DNA of 63,953 bases, filler included, from Folioceros fuciformis (Eukaryota), in assembly GCA_049999805.1 (NCBI GenBank). It is 5 parts of 4 records of this genome, joined end to end, with 100 filler letters (N's around TTAATTAATTAA, not from the genome) between each part and the next. Parts side by side here need not be neighbours in the genome. Positions count along the whole stretch, not along the records: positions 32,585 to 46,357 come from JBNGIO010006418.1; positions 46,458 to 62,545 come from JBNGIO010006420.1; 3 more parts are not named here. One strand, given 5' to 3'. Made by a program: the position numbers and the translations under genes. Below are positions 33,677 to 46,658 of this stretch, one piece after another (position 1 is the first letter of the stretch; each line of letters starts with the position of its first letter). The notes below the pieces were generated by a model. It worked only from the letters and a program-made list of their open reading frames with translations. It was not told the origin of the DNA and searched no databases.

Positions 33677-36600
33677 AGTTTCAGGACGAATCCGAGCCAT
33701 TCTAGTCAAACCTAAAATGTTCTCCGGTAGCTCCTTCTCATCCTTGGCCTGCCATACATCACTGTCATACACCACGCAGAGAATCCGAGTGATTGACTTG
33801 GGACCACACAAACTCAATCGACCACTCACCTCAATGAGAATAGCTAAGTCCACGACAATGCTTGTGACATAACCAAGCACAAGGCCAATAACACTCCTTG
33901 CAACCGAGGAGGAGCCAATGTCAACATCAATCTGCATAAGACACAGGCACCAGAAGATGAAAGAGTCGAATTAACAGACTCTAAAACTTTTACGTGGAAC
34001 CGAATCAGGGAAGTAGCGTCACAAAACCAAACTCTTGAAGGGACATACAAACCTCTAGAAAGTTATCCTCCCGAAGGTAATGACATGTTACAGCTTTGCC
34101 GAGCAGGCAGGCTTTAGTCCCCACTGCCCTCTTCACAACCCAGTAGCCCTGATAACATGGAGACGCAGTATTATGCCAAATGAAGCTACATGCAAACTGA
34201 AGGAGGCACTGCTCCTATACTTGGATGTAATGCTCTCACATCAACGATGCTGGGTATAAGCTTGAACCGCGAATTCCGATAGGCATCATCACCGTCCGCA
34301 AATTGTTGTAGCAGGCTACCTCGCCTGACTGGTCTGTCTGCTACAAAGTAGAAGATAAGACTATAGGTTGGAGTAGCAGGTACCTGTCACAAATCCAACA
34401 GACAGAATAACCACACTAGAACATCGTCAGCACTCAACTGCTGCTCTAGCCCTTCAGCGGTTGTCACTGCTTGGTCACAGAATCAACAACAGCAAGAAAA
34501 TCCAACCGGGAGTTCTACTGTCCTAGCAGACAGTACCTGCAAATTCACAACCAGAATGAAAGGTGCCTTCTTCCCCTCTGGAGACTGCGTTCCCACGCAA
34601 CCAAGACTGTCAGTGGCCAGAACACCACTTAAATGAAACAAACATCCTTGAGCGGGTTTGGCATTACCTGCACAACACAACTTGGATGCCGAGCAATGTT
34701 GTCAATTTTCTCAGCGGACTGAAACCAGTCAACTGCTAATAGCTGAAGTATTGGGTCACCTCCTGATACCTGCAAAAGCCAGAGGTCAGAGCTTGCATTG
34801 ATCCTTCTGGGAAATACCAAGGCACTCTATTCATATGAGCAGGTACACGTGACGTTTAATTACCTTCAAGCTGTCTATCATGTAAGATACACCGCGGATC
34901 ATAAATCCTTTGCCACTAGGTTCAAACCAGCAATCAGTATCCTTATCATGTCTTCCTCTTGGCAGAGATCCCTTGAAAACAGTTCTGTCTATCTGCACAG
35001 AAGGAGTCCTTGATGATAACTCCCCCTCCTCTTCACGCACTGTTCATGAGTACAGAAAGTAATCTACAGTCAAAAGTGTTTCAACAACCTCCATAACACA
35101 CACATGAAATGAAATTGGTTTCCATGAACCCTTAGAAACAAAGAATATTACACACTTGATTGCCTCTTCATCGTGAGCCCCACCATAACACCCCAAGAAA
35201 CACTCTTGAACCTCTGTCTACCACTCTGCAGGGTCAATGGCATGCATCAATTACTGTTGTGGCATGCTCCAAACAGAAGATGAATGAAAGCAAGTCCTAG
35301 CAAATTATACAGAATTGTTGCGACCATTTTGCATTTAAAATTTGCTTCATAGCTACAAAGGTGCAAGTTTTGATCAGTTCAGTTAAGTATTTGGACGAAA
35401 GAGTGATCTACCATAATACCACCTCATCATAGTCTCCAGGTACTATTGTCTTGAGACTTGATGATTTGAAGCTTGATCTGAAAGCTAAGCAGCGACTTTC
35501 CCGCTCCTTTTCCATCGGGGGACTATCTGTCTGCACTCACACAACTACTTATCTACATACCAGCAAAAACGCCAGATGTTTGCATGAACTAGCTCAAGTC
35601 ATCGCTCTAACGCCCTTCATGATCTATTCGTGCAAATTTAATCAAATCTTGACCTCTCTTTCACTAAAATTGTCTAGAGACTAGTGCTAAGACATACTTA
35701 ACTCATTGGTTCAAACCTCTCTTTCACTAAAATTGTCTAGAGACTACTGCTAAGACATACTTAACTCATTGGTTCAAACACAGTTCAAACGGCCAGCAAG
35801 GTGCGCACACAGCTTGGTCACTCACTCTCCACACATACATAAACACGCACCTCATTCAAGACAACACTAAGCTTAGCAATGGGGCAGGTCTTGGCACAAT
35901 AACTGCTGCACCTATTTGACGTAGGAGACCATAACAACAATCGCAAGGAAACGAGAGTGCCACACCTTGGACTTAGGAACCTTCTCAGCATCTTCCTCTT
36001 CTGCAGGTTCATCTGCCATGAGAGCATCGAAGAACTCCTCGACAGGCTCCACTGCTTCTACTTCTGACATGCTGCTCTCAGATGACAAAACCTCCTTTGT
36101 ACTTGCAACTGCCCTGCTACTTTGATCTCCTGATATCATGCAGAGTTCAGGTTTCGCTGCAAAAAATTCTCTCAGCCCTGGCAAGAAAGGCACATTTCAA
36201 ACTATGGGCCTGAGTGACACGCTGGAAACGAGAAGATGACACGAGATTGAAACACGCACACATAAGAAAAGCTCCAACCTGCTATTCGGCACAACATAAC
36301 GTATGGGACAGTCTTGTGAAATTTGGAATAGTCACTTTTTCTCCACCTACCCCAACCTGTAGATTTGACTTCCATGATTTGAGTTACAAGGGATCTTGGG
36401 GTGCCACTGCCAGGTCTTCCTGGGAGAGGAGAAATTTCCCAAATTCCAGCTGGAGATGTGCCAGCAGTGCAATTGTCAGGCTACCAAATTCTTCGTGACA
36501 CCACATGAACAGGTGTACAAAGAAGCAAAGCCGACACAGAAGAACTCACGGTTTAAATCCATCCGCTGGTATCCTGGTTTTGGAGGACAGTCTTTGTGAG

Positions 36601-39229
36601 AGGCCGAAATTTGAGTTACGGCTGCACAAGATACAAAAAGAGCAACAGAAAATGTTTCCTGTATTCATCTCAAAAGCATTCCCAAAAGACGTACCAAGGA
36701 GGCATCTAGAGATAACTACATACAATATGATCCGTCCTGATTCCGTCTCCAGTAACGGGAAAAAACGAAATCCCTTTTCGTTATCCACCTACATGTTGTG
36801 GCATGGAAAGTAGTCAGAGGTCCGATTCATGACAGGTTTGACTTGGTCATGACTCATTATAAAACCTTTTCGTCAAAGAACAGGTTCGTTCACCCTACTT
36901 CTTCACAAACTTAGGATCAAATGTGCCATAAACAATATCAGCATGACCATCGATGTACTCCACAAGCTCTAAGTCAGCCGTCAAAATGTCCCACCTGTAA
37001 CATACCAATTCCTTTCAGAACTAGAGATCACCAGTGAAGGACACCACCCGATGAACTTCACACATGCAAACAGCCATAACGACCAATGCAGGTGGAACAG
37101 AGAAGCAATGACTACTGTTGAAACATCATTACAGAGGTGACAGAGAATCAACAGTAATCAACACAGGGATAAACGGAAAGAGGTTATTACTGTTTCCTCA
37201 TATTCTGATCACAGCTCATAATCATGTCAAAAAGTGCTTCTGGTGTAGCCTCCACAACACCGACAGACTTCATGATCGTACCTTTCTCTTGCTGCACGAG
37301 AGAATGACATTTGAGTGACAAAGTCACTCATAGACAGGTGTATCTGGACATGATAAGAAGTCGCTAGCGGCTAAGAGCCTCTGCCTTGCTGACAGGAACA
37401 GCTTGAGAAAGCGAGGAGAAAGCTTTCTTCACCACACGCAACTGAACCTCACACCCCACGTTGTAACACAGGCAATCATAGGGCAGTCATAGTAAAAGGT
37501 GAAAAGTAAGATGTGGTCACATCTTCTAGACAACCATAGGAAGTTGATCCTTCGAGTCCAGAACCTCCATACCTTTGAGGCTGCAACGTCTTCAAAAATA
37601 CGGAGACCTGAGCAAAACAACAACTCTGGATGATGAGACAAATCGTTTGCAAGTACAAAGCAGGAAGCACAGAATGATCATGGCCACAAGGCAAGGGATT
37701 ACCGTTCACATTGGCAAAGCATCTCCAATCAGCTTGATCGATAGTATCAGTATCTCTTTCACTAAAATTAAAGTCAGAAGGTTCTGGCTCCTGAGCTACC
37801 ATGGTTGGGCGCCTCAACAGAGCTTCCGGACCTACAATTTCACGCCCGACATACCACTTGCTAGAGTTATAAAATGTCTAAAATGACTTCCCACTCTCAA
37901 AGACCATGCAGAGCACCTAAGTACCAACAAGCAATGTGAATCAGAACTACTCAAAGTTGGCCTTCCAGATTTGGGGTTTAGGCAAAAGCTTCAAGTTTCT
38001 GCCTCAAGTCTGGAACGCCTCATCAGGAGGACCCTGAAAATGAAAGCAAAATGGATTGAAATCATACCCCTCCCTATCATAATGAACTTTGTTAACCCAG
38101 AGTAAGACCGAGAGTGAGAACGAGGACCGCTAGGCTGAAACCTGCACCACAGCGCAGATGCTGGTCAAGTGTGCTTTAAAGATGCAACAGACTGAAAACA
38201 TTGTGCAGGTTTGTTTAGTCCAGAACTCATACTCATCATCAGGGGTTAATAACCGATGACTGCTTGATCTTTCATCTTCAGCTTCTGCCTGCCAGCAAAT
38301 GAGAAGACACGTGAATGAAGAGGTAACCCAGTGGGAACATCCAAGAGAGGTCTCGCCAGAACGAATAATTAGTAAACCGTAGGAGTGGTCAGTTCAACCG
38401 TGAAGGAAAGTAAGGGTTCCATACCTCATCCTTGGCATGCTGGAAAGCAGCAATCCACTTCACTACATCTTCTGCGTTATCACATCCAAACTGCCATAAA
38501 ATCAATGCACATAATCAGAGGAAAAAACAACCAACCCACAGCGAGTAGACTTGCAGCCAACGGTTATAAGTGACAATGGGGAGAGCCCATCAACGGAACT
38601 GATGATGATGTTCGAACACAAAAAGAAGCCACACACAGTGCAGCAATTAGGGAAGTCCATAGCCAGAGAGACAGCCGTTCTGCACCAACCAAGTGTGCTC
38701 GTTACCTTTCCCTCCTTGGTATGATCTATCCGACTGAAGATCCTCAAGCAATAGAGAATCTGGAAATTGCATGCCAGCGGCAAACACTTAGAGATGCAAA
38801 GTCTGGTTGCAAGTTTTCTCGCAATCCTCCTTTCCTCAGTTTGATCTACATCCCAGAGTGAGATGACCAGCAAAGGTATGGACAATGGCTTTACCCTGTC
38901 GTGATATATCTGTCGACCGAGGTCCTCGATCATAAGGTATGGTCCGACTCGACCGCTCCGAATTGGCACCTGTGGGAAGGAAGGCTGAGAGTCAAATTCT
39001 CCCCCACAGACAGTAGGACACGGGTACTCCACACAGCAAAACAAAGCCGAACCATAAGACTACCCACCGTGTGGGCATGCTCCTGTGGGTCACGCTTGTA
39101 CACCTTCACCAGATTCTTCTCTATTTTGAGAAACCGAGCATGGCAGAAGGGAATGCCCAAAGAATTTGTGCCAAGATGAAAAATCCAACCAGTGTATCCC
39201 AAATTAATCCCGTTGCTGTTGGATTCCAT
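33650..39229 (-). CDS. EDR2: PH-START-DUF1336 (EDR2_C) lipid-binding protein, ENHANCED DISEASE RESISTANCE 2 family, about 23 exons, apparently intact
   Basis: Exons read by hand with GT-AG borders: PH (YTGWIFHLGTNSLG..YKRDP; VKWIAAF), START (WRCFANVNGLRIFED; MKSVGVV; GHADIVY; RDFVFSRYW..DGSY), DUF1336 (FMIRG; AVDWF; VVNLQVP; RNSRFKLIP; KACLLGK; IDVDIGSS; ELPE). The symbol is family-level; orthology untested. Confidence 0.92.
35652..35778. repeat. 63-bp intronic tandem duplication
   Basis: ACCTCTCTTTCACTAAAATTGTCTAGAGAC...GGTTCAA x2 with 1 mismatch. Confidence 0.9.
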
Positions 39230-41114
39230 GCTACTGATCTTCTACGAAATGACTCTGCAGAGTGTGTTCCTCACAGCAAACTTCTCGAAGACCTTCTACA
39301 CCTTTCGTGCAATCCTATATCTGGGTTTGAACACGTATGCAACCACTCAATCGGGCCAGGATCACGTCAGTCTTCTGAAGACATGGACATCCCTCCATCG
39401 AGCCGGCGTCCCTGCTTTCCCAAGTGCATCTGCTCCCTCGGTCACGTGATCCCCTAGCAACTTCTCCTAAAAAATGTCACGCCCAAAGGCACCGCGGATT
39501 TGCATCGCCCAAAATGCCGACTCTATACACTCCAAAAATTTCAGACCCAGATTCACGCAGCTAGTGCTCTGCCCGTCCACTTCCCGACACAACCATGGTA
39601 TGCAGGTTGCTTCCACTGAACTACCTCAATCAGCTCACACGGAGCCCCCACAATCCAAGCTGAATCCGCACTCCAAACCCACCAATCGCAGCTCACACTC
39701 CGCTCCACGTCCGTCAATACTCGAAGACAGCAGACTAAAGTGCGACTAGAAAATTTCTCGATCTCCCAACTTCCTTTCTTCCTGAGCCAGCACCGGGCAT
39801 TTGGGAATGCGAACCACTGGAGTTGGACAGTTGGGGCCTACGCGACAGCAAACTCAGCAGCTGCAACGAGGGGAGCGAAAGCGTAGCGTCTGGGATCCTG
39901 TTTCCTCCAGTCGCGCCCTGGACTCCGTCCCTACAGAGGGAAAGACTGGGCGGACGGAAGTTGAAGAGCGCGTGGAAATGGACTTCTTGGAGGTGCAGCA
40001 TGTTCATCGTTTGGTTGCCAGACTGCAGCTGAACAGAGCGCCTCGCAAATAGAAAGCATAGGAGGTAAGATCTGCACTCCGCGTGGGCCCTGCCTGCAAC
40101 GGGAATCCTGAGACGCGATTTGAACTCGTCATCGGGGCCAACAAACAGCGCTGCATATACACAGACATTGTGCGCACGCGGATTCCGATTCAACCGGCCG
40201 TGCAGCTTTACGCTTATGTAGGAGGAATTTCGTCTACAACCACTGGCGGAGGAAATTAAGCAAAGAAGGCACACAGGCCCGCCCATCCATCCACGGTCGT
40301 GGGAACTTCCGGACAGGAAGTTGCACCTTGCGGAAATGACTGACTCGTGGACACCCAGTTATGCCAACAAGCAAGATACGCGCGTTGTGGGCCAGAACTA
40401 GCGGCAGGTAGAGATGAAGGCGCGAGCAGGTGTTGTTTATCCTGGGATGGGATTTCTGTCATATGTCAAGCGCTACATCCGATTTGGAAGGCTGGTCTGT
40501 CGGCGACGGCCACCTAGTCACTTCGGGACACGATGTCTGTCACTCTCGCAGATGTCAGGCACTGCATCCGATTATGAAGGCTGCTCTTTCGGCGACGACC
40601 CCCCAAGGTACTTTGGGCCACGAAGTCCCTCGATGGCCGTGAATGAGTCGCTGCTTAACTGCTGGAGGCACGTTCCATTGGGTCAAGAAAACATTTTTGG
40701 TGCAACTCTGGTTCTTGGATCCGTTCATGTCTTGGCTTCTGTCTGTCTAAAAGTGTATCACTTTGTGGACTACATCACATCAGCCATGGGAGGAGCGTGA
40801 CAGGGAGGCACTAGAGCGGTGGAAGCAACTGTCCAAAACAGAAACAATAGGAGAGGAGCGAGAAAGGGGAACGTCGCTGCTGTGTCCCTGCAGCGAGCTG
40901 TAGAACGCACAGGTGTAAGCTCAATCCGGCAAGGACAGCTGCGTTTCTACGAGATACGAGCCACCCGATGTCTGAGATCTTACAAGTACCCAATCCTCGC
41001 AGGACGAGACACAGCCATATCCCACGACCTCCAGCCCAGGCAAACGCCCTTACTCAGTTCTGATTTCCGATGGTAAGATTGAAGGTGCCACGATGAGTTT
41101 TAGGTCATCCACGT

Positions 41115-42917
41115 CTATGTCTCGCTTTTGATGGGCAGGGACGCACCTTCACCCCGAAAGCTGTGCATACCCTCTGAAGTACACACTAAGGCAGTACCTA
41201 ACGCTGTATTACTCTTACGGTCGACCCAAAGTCTCTTTCCTCCAGCCCTAAGATGATTCCGTGGCACTGTGGAAGTCACTGCACATGCGTGGATTCTTCC
41301 CTCGCACATTCGTAGATTCTTCGTTACACCAGAGGTGTCCCACTCGTTGTGTTGTAGCGGTCCAACACCAGAGCCAGCTTCTCACCCCCATCCCAGCTTC
41401 TTAGCGCCATCAGGCTGAATACCGGCAACTAATATCTCTAGTCGAGCTAGTGCTCACTGATCATCCTCACAAGACCCATACCCAGATATCAGGGCGGTAG
41501 ATGTCACCACATTCTTTGTGTTCATACTGTCCTTAACCTGGCGTGCATCTTCCAGTTCTGCATACATGCCTACCATGCGGGTGCCCAACACCACGTTATC
41601 CAGCAGTTGGCTTTCGACAATCTGCGAGTGCAACTGCCTGCCCTTCTGTGAGGCACCTAAGCTTCCACAGGCCTGGAGCAGGCAACAAAAGTAAACGGTA
41701 AGCCGAAATTAGGCCCTCCTGCTCCATTTGTCCAAACCTCTTGGCCGAGCCCTTGTTCAGCATAACCAGTTATCGGCGCGGTCCATGTCACCGCATTCTT
41801 TGCGTTCATCCTCAAAAACCTGGAGAGCAGCTTCAATTCACCACGTTTCCACATATGTCCACTGGGCAGTTGCCCACCACGACGTTATCCAGCAGCCATC
41901 TTTCGACAAATCTGTGATTGCAGCTGCCTCCCCTTCTGCCAGGCACCATTGCTTTCACGATCCTTCAGAAGGCACGCAAAAGCAACATGGTTGACCAGAA
42001 TCAGCCCCTCTTGCTCCATTGGTCCATACCATACAAGTGCCTCATGTCCGAGGCCTTGCTGAAACATCACGCAATCAGCACCGTCTATGTCATCACATCC
42101 CTTGTAGCTATCGTGTCAAAAACCTGGAGTGCTTCTTTCAGTTCACCATATACATGTACCAGGCAGTTGCCTACAAACAAATTAGAAATAATCCCCTTCT
42201 GCACCACGTCACGGTGGAGCCTTGTGCAGATTCCAAGTCGGCGGCTAATGCACAAGCTTGGGCACCTATATAGACGTCAGCATTCGCTTTCTCTCCTGAG
42301 CTGCGATCTTCATGGAAGGGTTGCACCGGCTCATTAAGTTTTCCACGCTTAGCGTGTACGGAGATCATGGAAGACCACATGAAGGCATCCTATTGCTCCA
42401 TCCTGGTGAGCACATCCATGTTCTCCTCCACCCTACCTCCGCGCAAGATATGGTTCCCAAAGTGGGCATTCAGGTCAAACCCAAGATTGACTATCAGATA
42501 ATGAACTAGCCTCCCCACAACCAAATCCTTCTTATCTGTACACACTCTCAGCACACAGTGTACAGCAGCGCTGAGAAACATGAGAGTCTGTCTGCGCTGT
42601 AGACTCTAAGACTCTAACGGCCTAACAAACCTTCCCCTTGAACACAGTGAGCTCACGGTTACAGCCCTAACGACTTCCACATCCGATCCTGCATGCCTGC
42701 TGGGCTCAGGGGTATCCAGAGAGCAGAAAACGGAAGGATAAGCACAATGAGCCATCTGAATATCTAAGGAAATAATCTGCTCATCAACCCAATCTGGATT
42801 ATACACGCTGTTTAACCACATGACCTGGCCGCGGTCCCCCTGCCGCTGGAAATGAGGCAAACGAGAGCTCTTTTCATCTGTCCGTTGGCCCACCATAAGG
42901 TAGGATTCTGAAAACAC
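41115..42917 (-). pseudogene. PLS-class pentatricopeptide repeat protein pseudogene, with probable E/E+ remnant
   Basis: GRLVHYLIV..GFD, MWSSMISVHAKRG, VTWTAPITGYAEQGLGQE, GHEAL..MEQEG, MHSFRGEG; numerous stops and frameshifts. Confidence 0.8.
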
Positions 42918-42959
42918 TCATGCGACTCATAGTAATTGTATCCTACAATAAAATCCTGT

Positions 42960-44635
42960 AGGATCTAGAGGAGACGCTTTTCTTGGACCTAATGCCGCTC
43001 ATATGATGGCGGCTGCGGACCCGCCATCATGTACAAGAGGCCTGTTGGCGCCTCACTGAGTAGCAAGAAATCGACATTCCAAACTCGAGGGAGCTTGGCG
43101 ACGACAGTTGCCGGATAGGGAGATTGGGGCAGGTGAGTGCGTGCAGCGTTCCTCGGTGGTGGCGTTGAGGTTTCTTTGCTCCGCTACGGGTGGTTCCGGG
43201 AACGAATCGGGAGGAGGATCCTCACCGAGTGGACGGCAAACTTCTCTGATATTCCTGGTACTTCTTGTTGTGTGTTGCGGTAGGAGCAAGAGGGGACGAA
43301 TCCGCCGACTGCAGAGCAGAAGCGGGCACTTGCTTCCCTTATTCCCTGGCGTTCCATCTGCTCTTCAAACAACAGAGTGAGAAGTGGGTTAAGGTGAAGG
43401 TGGGCCGCATGTTGAAGTCGGAGAAGGAAGACGAATCCACCGGTCGTGGAGTGGAGGGAGATTCCATCCCTCCCTTATTTCCCAACTATTGGTTGCAACC
43501 CGGTCCTAGAGTCGGAGTGTGTAAGTGTTCGAGGGGAACTGTGTGTGAGAAGGAGAAGAGAACGAGTGGGTGTGTGAGTCAAGGCGAGAACGAGAGAGAA
43601 CGTTGTGTCTACAGGGAGGGAGGCGAATCCACTGACTACTGAGTGGAAGAAGTGTCTCTCCTTCCCTTACTTCCCAAACTGTTGACCGCGAATGAGGGTA
43701 CTGTGAATGTGGAGTGTTTGAGAGTGTGTTGAGGGCGTGATGAAGTTATTAAGAAACTGCTGAGCGTACTGTGAATGTGGAGTGTTTGAGAGTGTGTTGA
43801 GACCGTGATGAAGTTATTAACAAACTGCTGAAGGGACCGTGAGGTGTGGGAAATATTGTCCTAAGTCTGTGGTGCGAGAGATTGTTGGACGACTACTGGA
43901 GGAAATACAACTGTTGTTGAGAATGAGTGTGGGCTGTGAGGAATGGCTGTATGATCGGGACCGACATGTGTGGAAGTACTGTGTGGATGTGGGCGTAAGG
44001 TGTGAACACCCGTGGAGTCAAATTGTCTGAGTGTGTTCTTGTGAGGCATTAAGTAACCCCGACTCGCTACCTGGGAAAACCAAGTAGACACCCGCGCTGA
44101 TACTGGAAACCACATGTGTTGGATAGGACCTTGGGGGGTGGGACACACCATGGTAGTGGAACCCGCTGCTGATTGCGGAGAACCCTACCGGTCATAGAGG
44201 AGCCAGTAGTTGTAGAGACCCCTACTTCGGTGGCAGAATGAGGCTTGGAGCCGTAGAGTTGAGTTGTGGTAGCTAGGCCACCTGAGGGGTAGTAGTAGTG
44301 GAACCTATAGGTAGTGGAGCTGAGGTGGGTAAGACCTGACCTAGGCAAGAGTCGATTTTAGAAGAAACCTGTGTTATTTGGCACAAATCATTCCCTTGAG
44401 ATCGAATCCCATGGCTACAACGATATAGAGGGTTTGTGTGGACCTCGCGGTGCCCCCGGGCACAATATTTTCCTTCACAGTAGGTAAGACCCGACTTAGG
44501 TAAGAGTCAATATTAAGAAGAAACCTGTGTTACTTGGCACAAATCATTCCATAAGGATCGAATCCCAAGACTACAACGACATAGAGGGTTTGTGTGGACC
44601 TCGTGGTGCCCCTGGGCACAATATTTTCCTCCACA
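42960..44635 (+). repeat. LTR-like terminal repeat of an unclassified element (copy A), with 68-bp (43698-43833) and ~155-bp (44325-44635) internal tandem duplications
   Basis: Both ends are homologous in inverse orientation to 60247-61465; TGTACAAGAGGCC at 43030, ending CACA. Confidence 0.7.
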
Positions 44636-46357
44636 GCCCTCAACAGCTCATGTTGCATTTCTCGATTGCCTTCGTGAACCTCCTTAACGTGAGTCAAGAG
44701 CGCTCCTGCTGATCCTTTATGGCCTGCATCTCCTCCCGGGCCTAGCGTGCTTCGTCTTGCGCCTGTTCCTTGGCTGCACTCACGGCCTCTCAAGCTTCCT
44801 CCAGTTGCTCTCGCCTTGATTTTGCCTTAGACAGCTTGGCTTGCACCTCCTCTTCCTTCTGCCCCAGCCAAGTGAGCGCCTGTGCAGCTTGGTCCAACAT
44901 GTCCGCCTGCGCCCGAACCATGGCCGTTGTCAGACTTGGTAAATCCACCTGCTGGGGCGCGCCTCCAGTAGCCATTCCTCTGTCCAGGATCCCTCTGCCC
45001 AGCAGGGTGCGCACCTTGACCACATCCTCCTCCTACTAATTCGCCACCAATGGGATGGCCCTGAAAATCTCTTCCCCCAGTGTCAGCTCTAACTTCTCTG
45101 CCACCTCAGCCGGTCTCGCCCCCTCTACTGGCGCTGATTCCTTGGGTTCAGTCGAGGGGGTGCCCGATTGCCTATCACATATTTTCCGAGCAAAATCTTG
45201 CAGCGCCGAATCTCCCGCTACTCTGGTGGTGCGCCCAAAGACCTTCCTCCTCTTCGCGGGGGTCTTCCGCCTTCCTCTTCCGAACTCCTTGTGGCTTCAG
45301 ACTCTCAGGTGCTGGACTTGGCCTCCTCCTTGGGCTTCTCCGGCTTCCACTTGACCTCCCGAACGAGCTTCCACATGTGCAGGGAAGCAACCACCTCTAT
45401 CTCTGGCAGACTGTTAACATAGCAAGACAAATGGACCAAGAAGGGAAAGATCAAAGACGGGTGGGGGATTGGAGAAGTCAGACTCTGCCTCTCCTCATTC
45501 AGTCGGTCGTAAATAATCTTCCCCCAGTCAATCCTGCTCCCTTTGACCACTTCGTACAGGAACAACAGCATGTGGTCCGACAGGTAGTCTTGCTTCTTGT
45601 TCTGCAAAAAACACAAGAGCCACCTGGCCAGACCCATGAGCTGGGCAATCGCCATCTCCTGCGCCAGCCAACTGTTGGCCTCCCTTCTGATTCCAGCTTT
45701 GAACAACGCTACTGCCGCTGCTGTGGTACTGCGCTTCCTCAAGGACTCGATCACAAGTCCCCTGGCTTCCTCCTGACTCCGCCCATACACCATCCTGACT
45801 AGTTCGACGTCCCAATCCCGGGGCCTCTCCCTGGTCCCTTCCCCTTTTGTCATGTTCCGCAACCGGTGCGCGCACTCCTGCACCAGAGCGGGGGTCACAT
45901 GGTTCCACCTCTTGGCCATGAGCCCGAGGCCTAGCTCCTCTACCAGCCCTCCGGCTATGGCCTTCCAATGGTCCATGTTTGGCCAGAGGGCTACCTCCAC
46001 CTGAGGCATCGGCTCCTACACTGCATCCTTGGACAACTCCGCCGGCGCCAACTCTGCGATCGCTCCCTCCATCAGGCTCCGCTCCACCCTCGCTTTGGCG
46101 CCACCGCCTCTCCTGATACTGGCATGCTCCGCTCCTCCCCTAACCCATCCAAGCGATCGCCGCGTTCAAGCTCTGACTGCATCTCGTTCGCTCGCCTTCA
46201 CCTTGCGTCCTGTCCGCCACGTCCACTTCCCGATGTCGCTTCCGCCGTGGTTGCGCTCCACTTCGAAAATACCCCCGAACCCTTGGGTCCCTACTTAGGG
46301 TTTTCGTTCGTCCACAACGTTTCGGTCCACTACCACACCAGGGCTCTACTACCGGTC
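44636..46357 (-). pseudogene. Transposon accessory ORF (plant-transposon-protein/PMD-like domain plus coiled coil), degenerate
   Basis: 234-aa ORF with IDWGKIIYDRL..FPFLVHL, then frameshifted coiled-coil segments running into repeat copy A. Confidence 0.6.
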
Positions 46358-46658
46358 NNNNNNNNNNNNNNNNNNNNNNNNNNNNNNNNNNNNNNNNNNN
46401 NTTAATTAATTAANNNNNNNNNNNNNNNNNNNNNNNNNNNNNNNNNNNNNNNNNNNNTCTAACTACGTTTCGGCTTGTTGTTTAACCCTAAACCTCCTTC
46501 ATCACCCCCGCTCAAGTCGAAAATGTTCCAAGCAGGGATGGCACCGTCGAAAAACTTGCTTACGCTTTCTCTCTCTAACTCCTCCGTTGATTGATGCTTG
46601 CACTTCCTTCGTAGGTTTGCTGACCTTCTGCGATGTGTTGTAGTGCCCNNNNNNNNNN

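Noticed and set aside
37940-38034. Possible duplicated or alternative exon in the EDR2-like gene
   Set aside because: Only weak similarity to the next exon, with an early stop and no clear donor site
39735-41076. ORFs upstream of the EDR2-like gene
   Set aside because: No recognisable domains or consistent splice pattern; likely promoter, UTR or intergenic sequence
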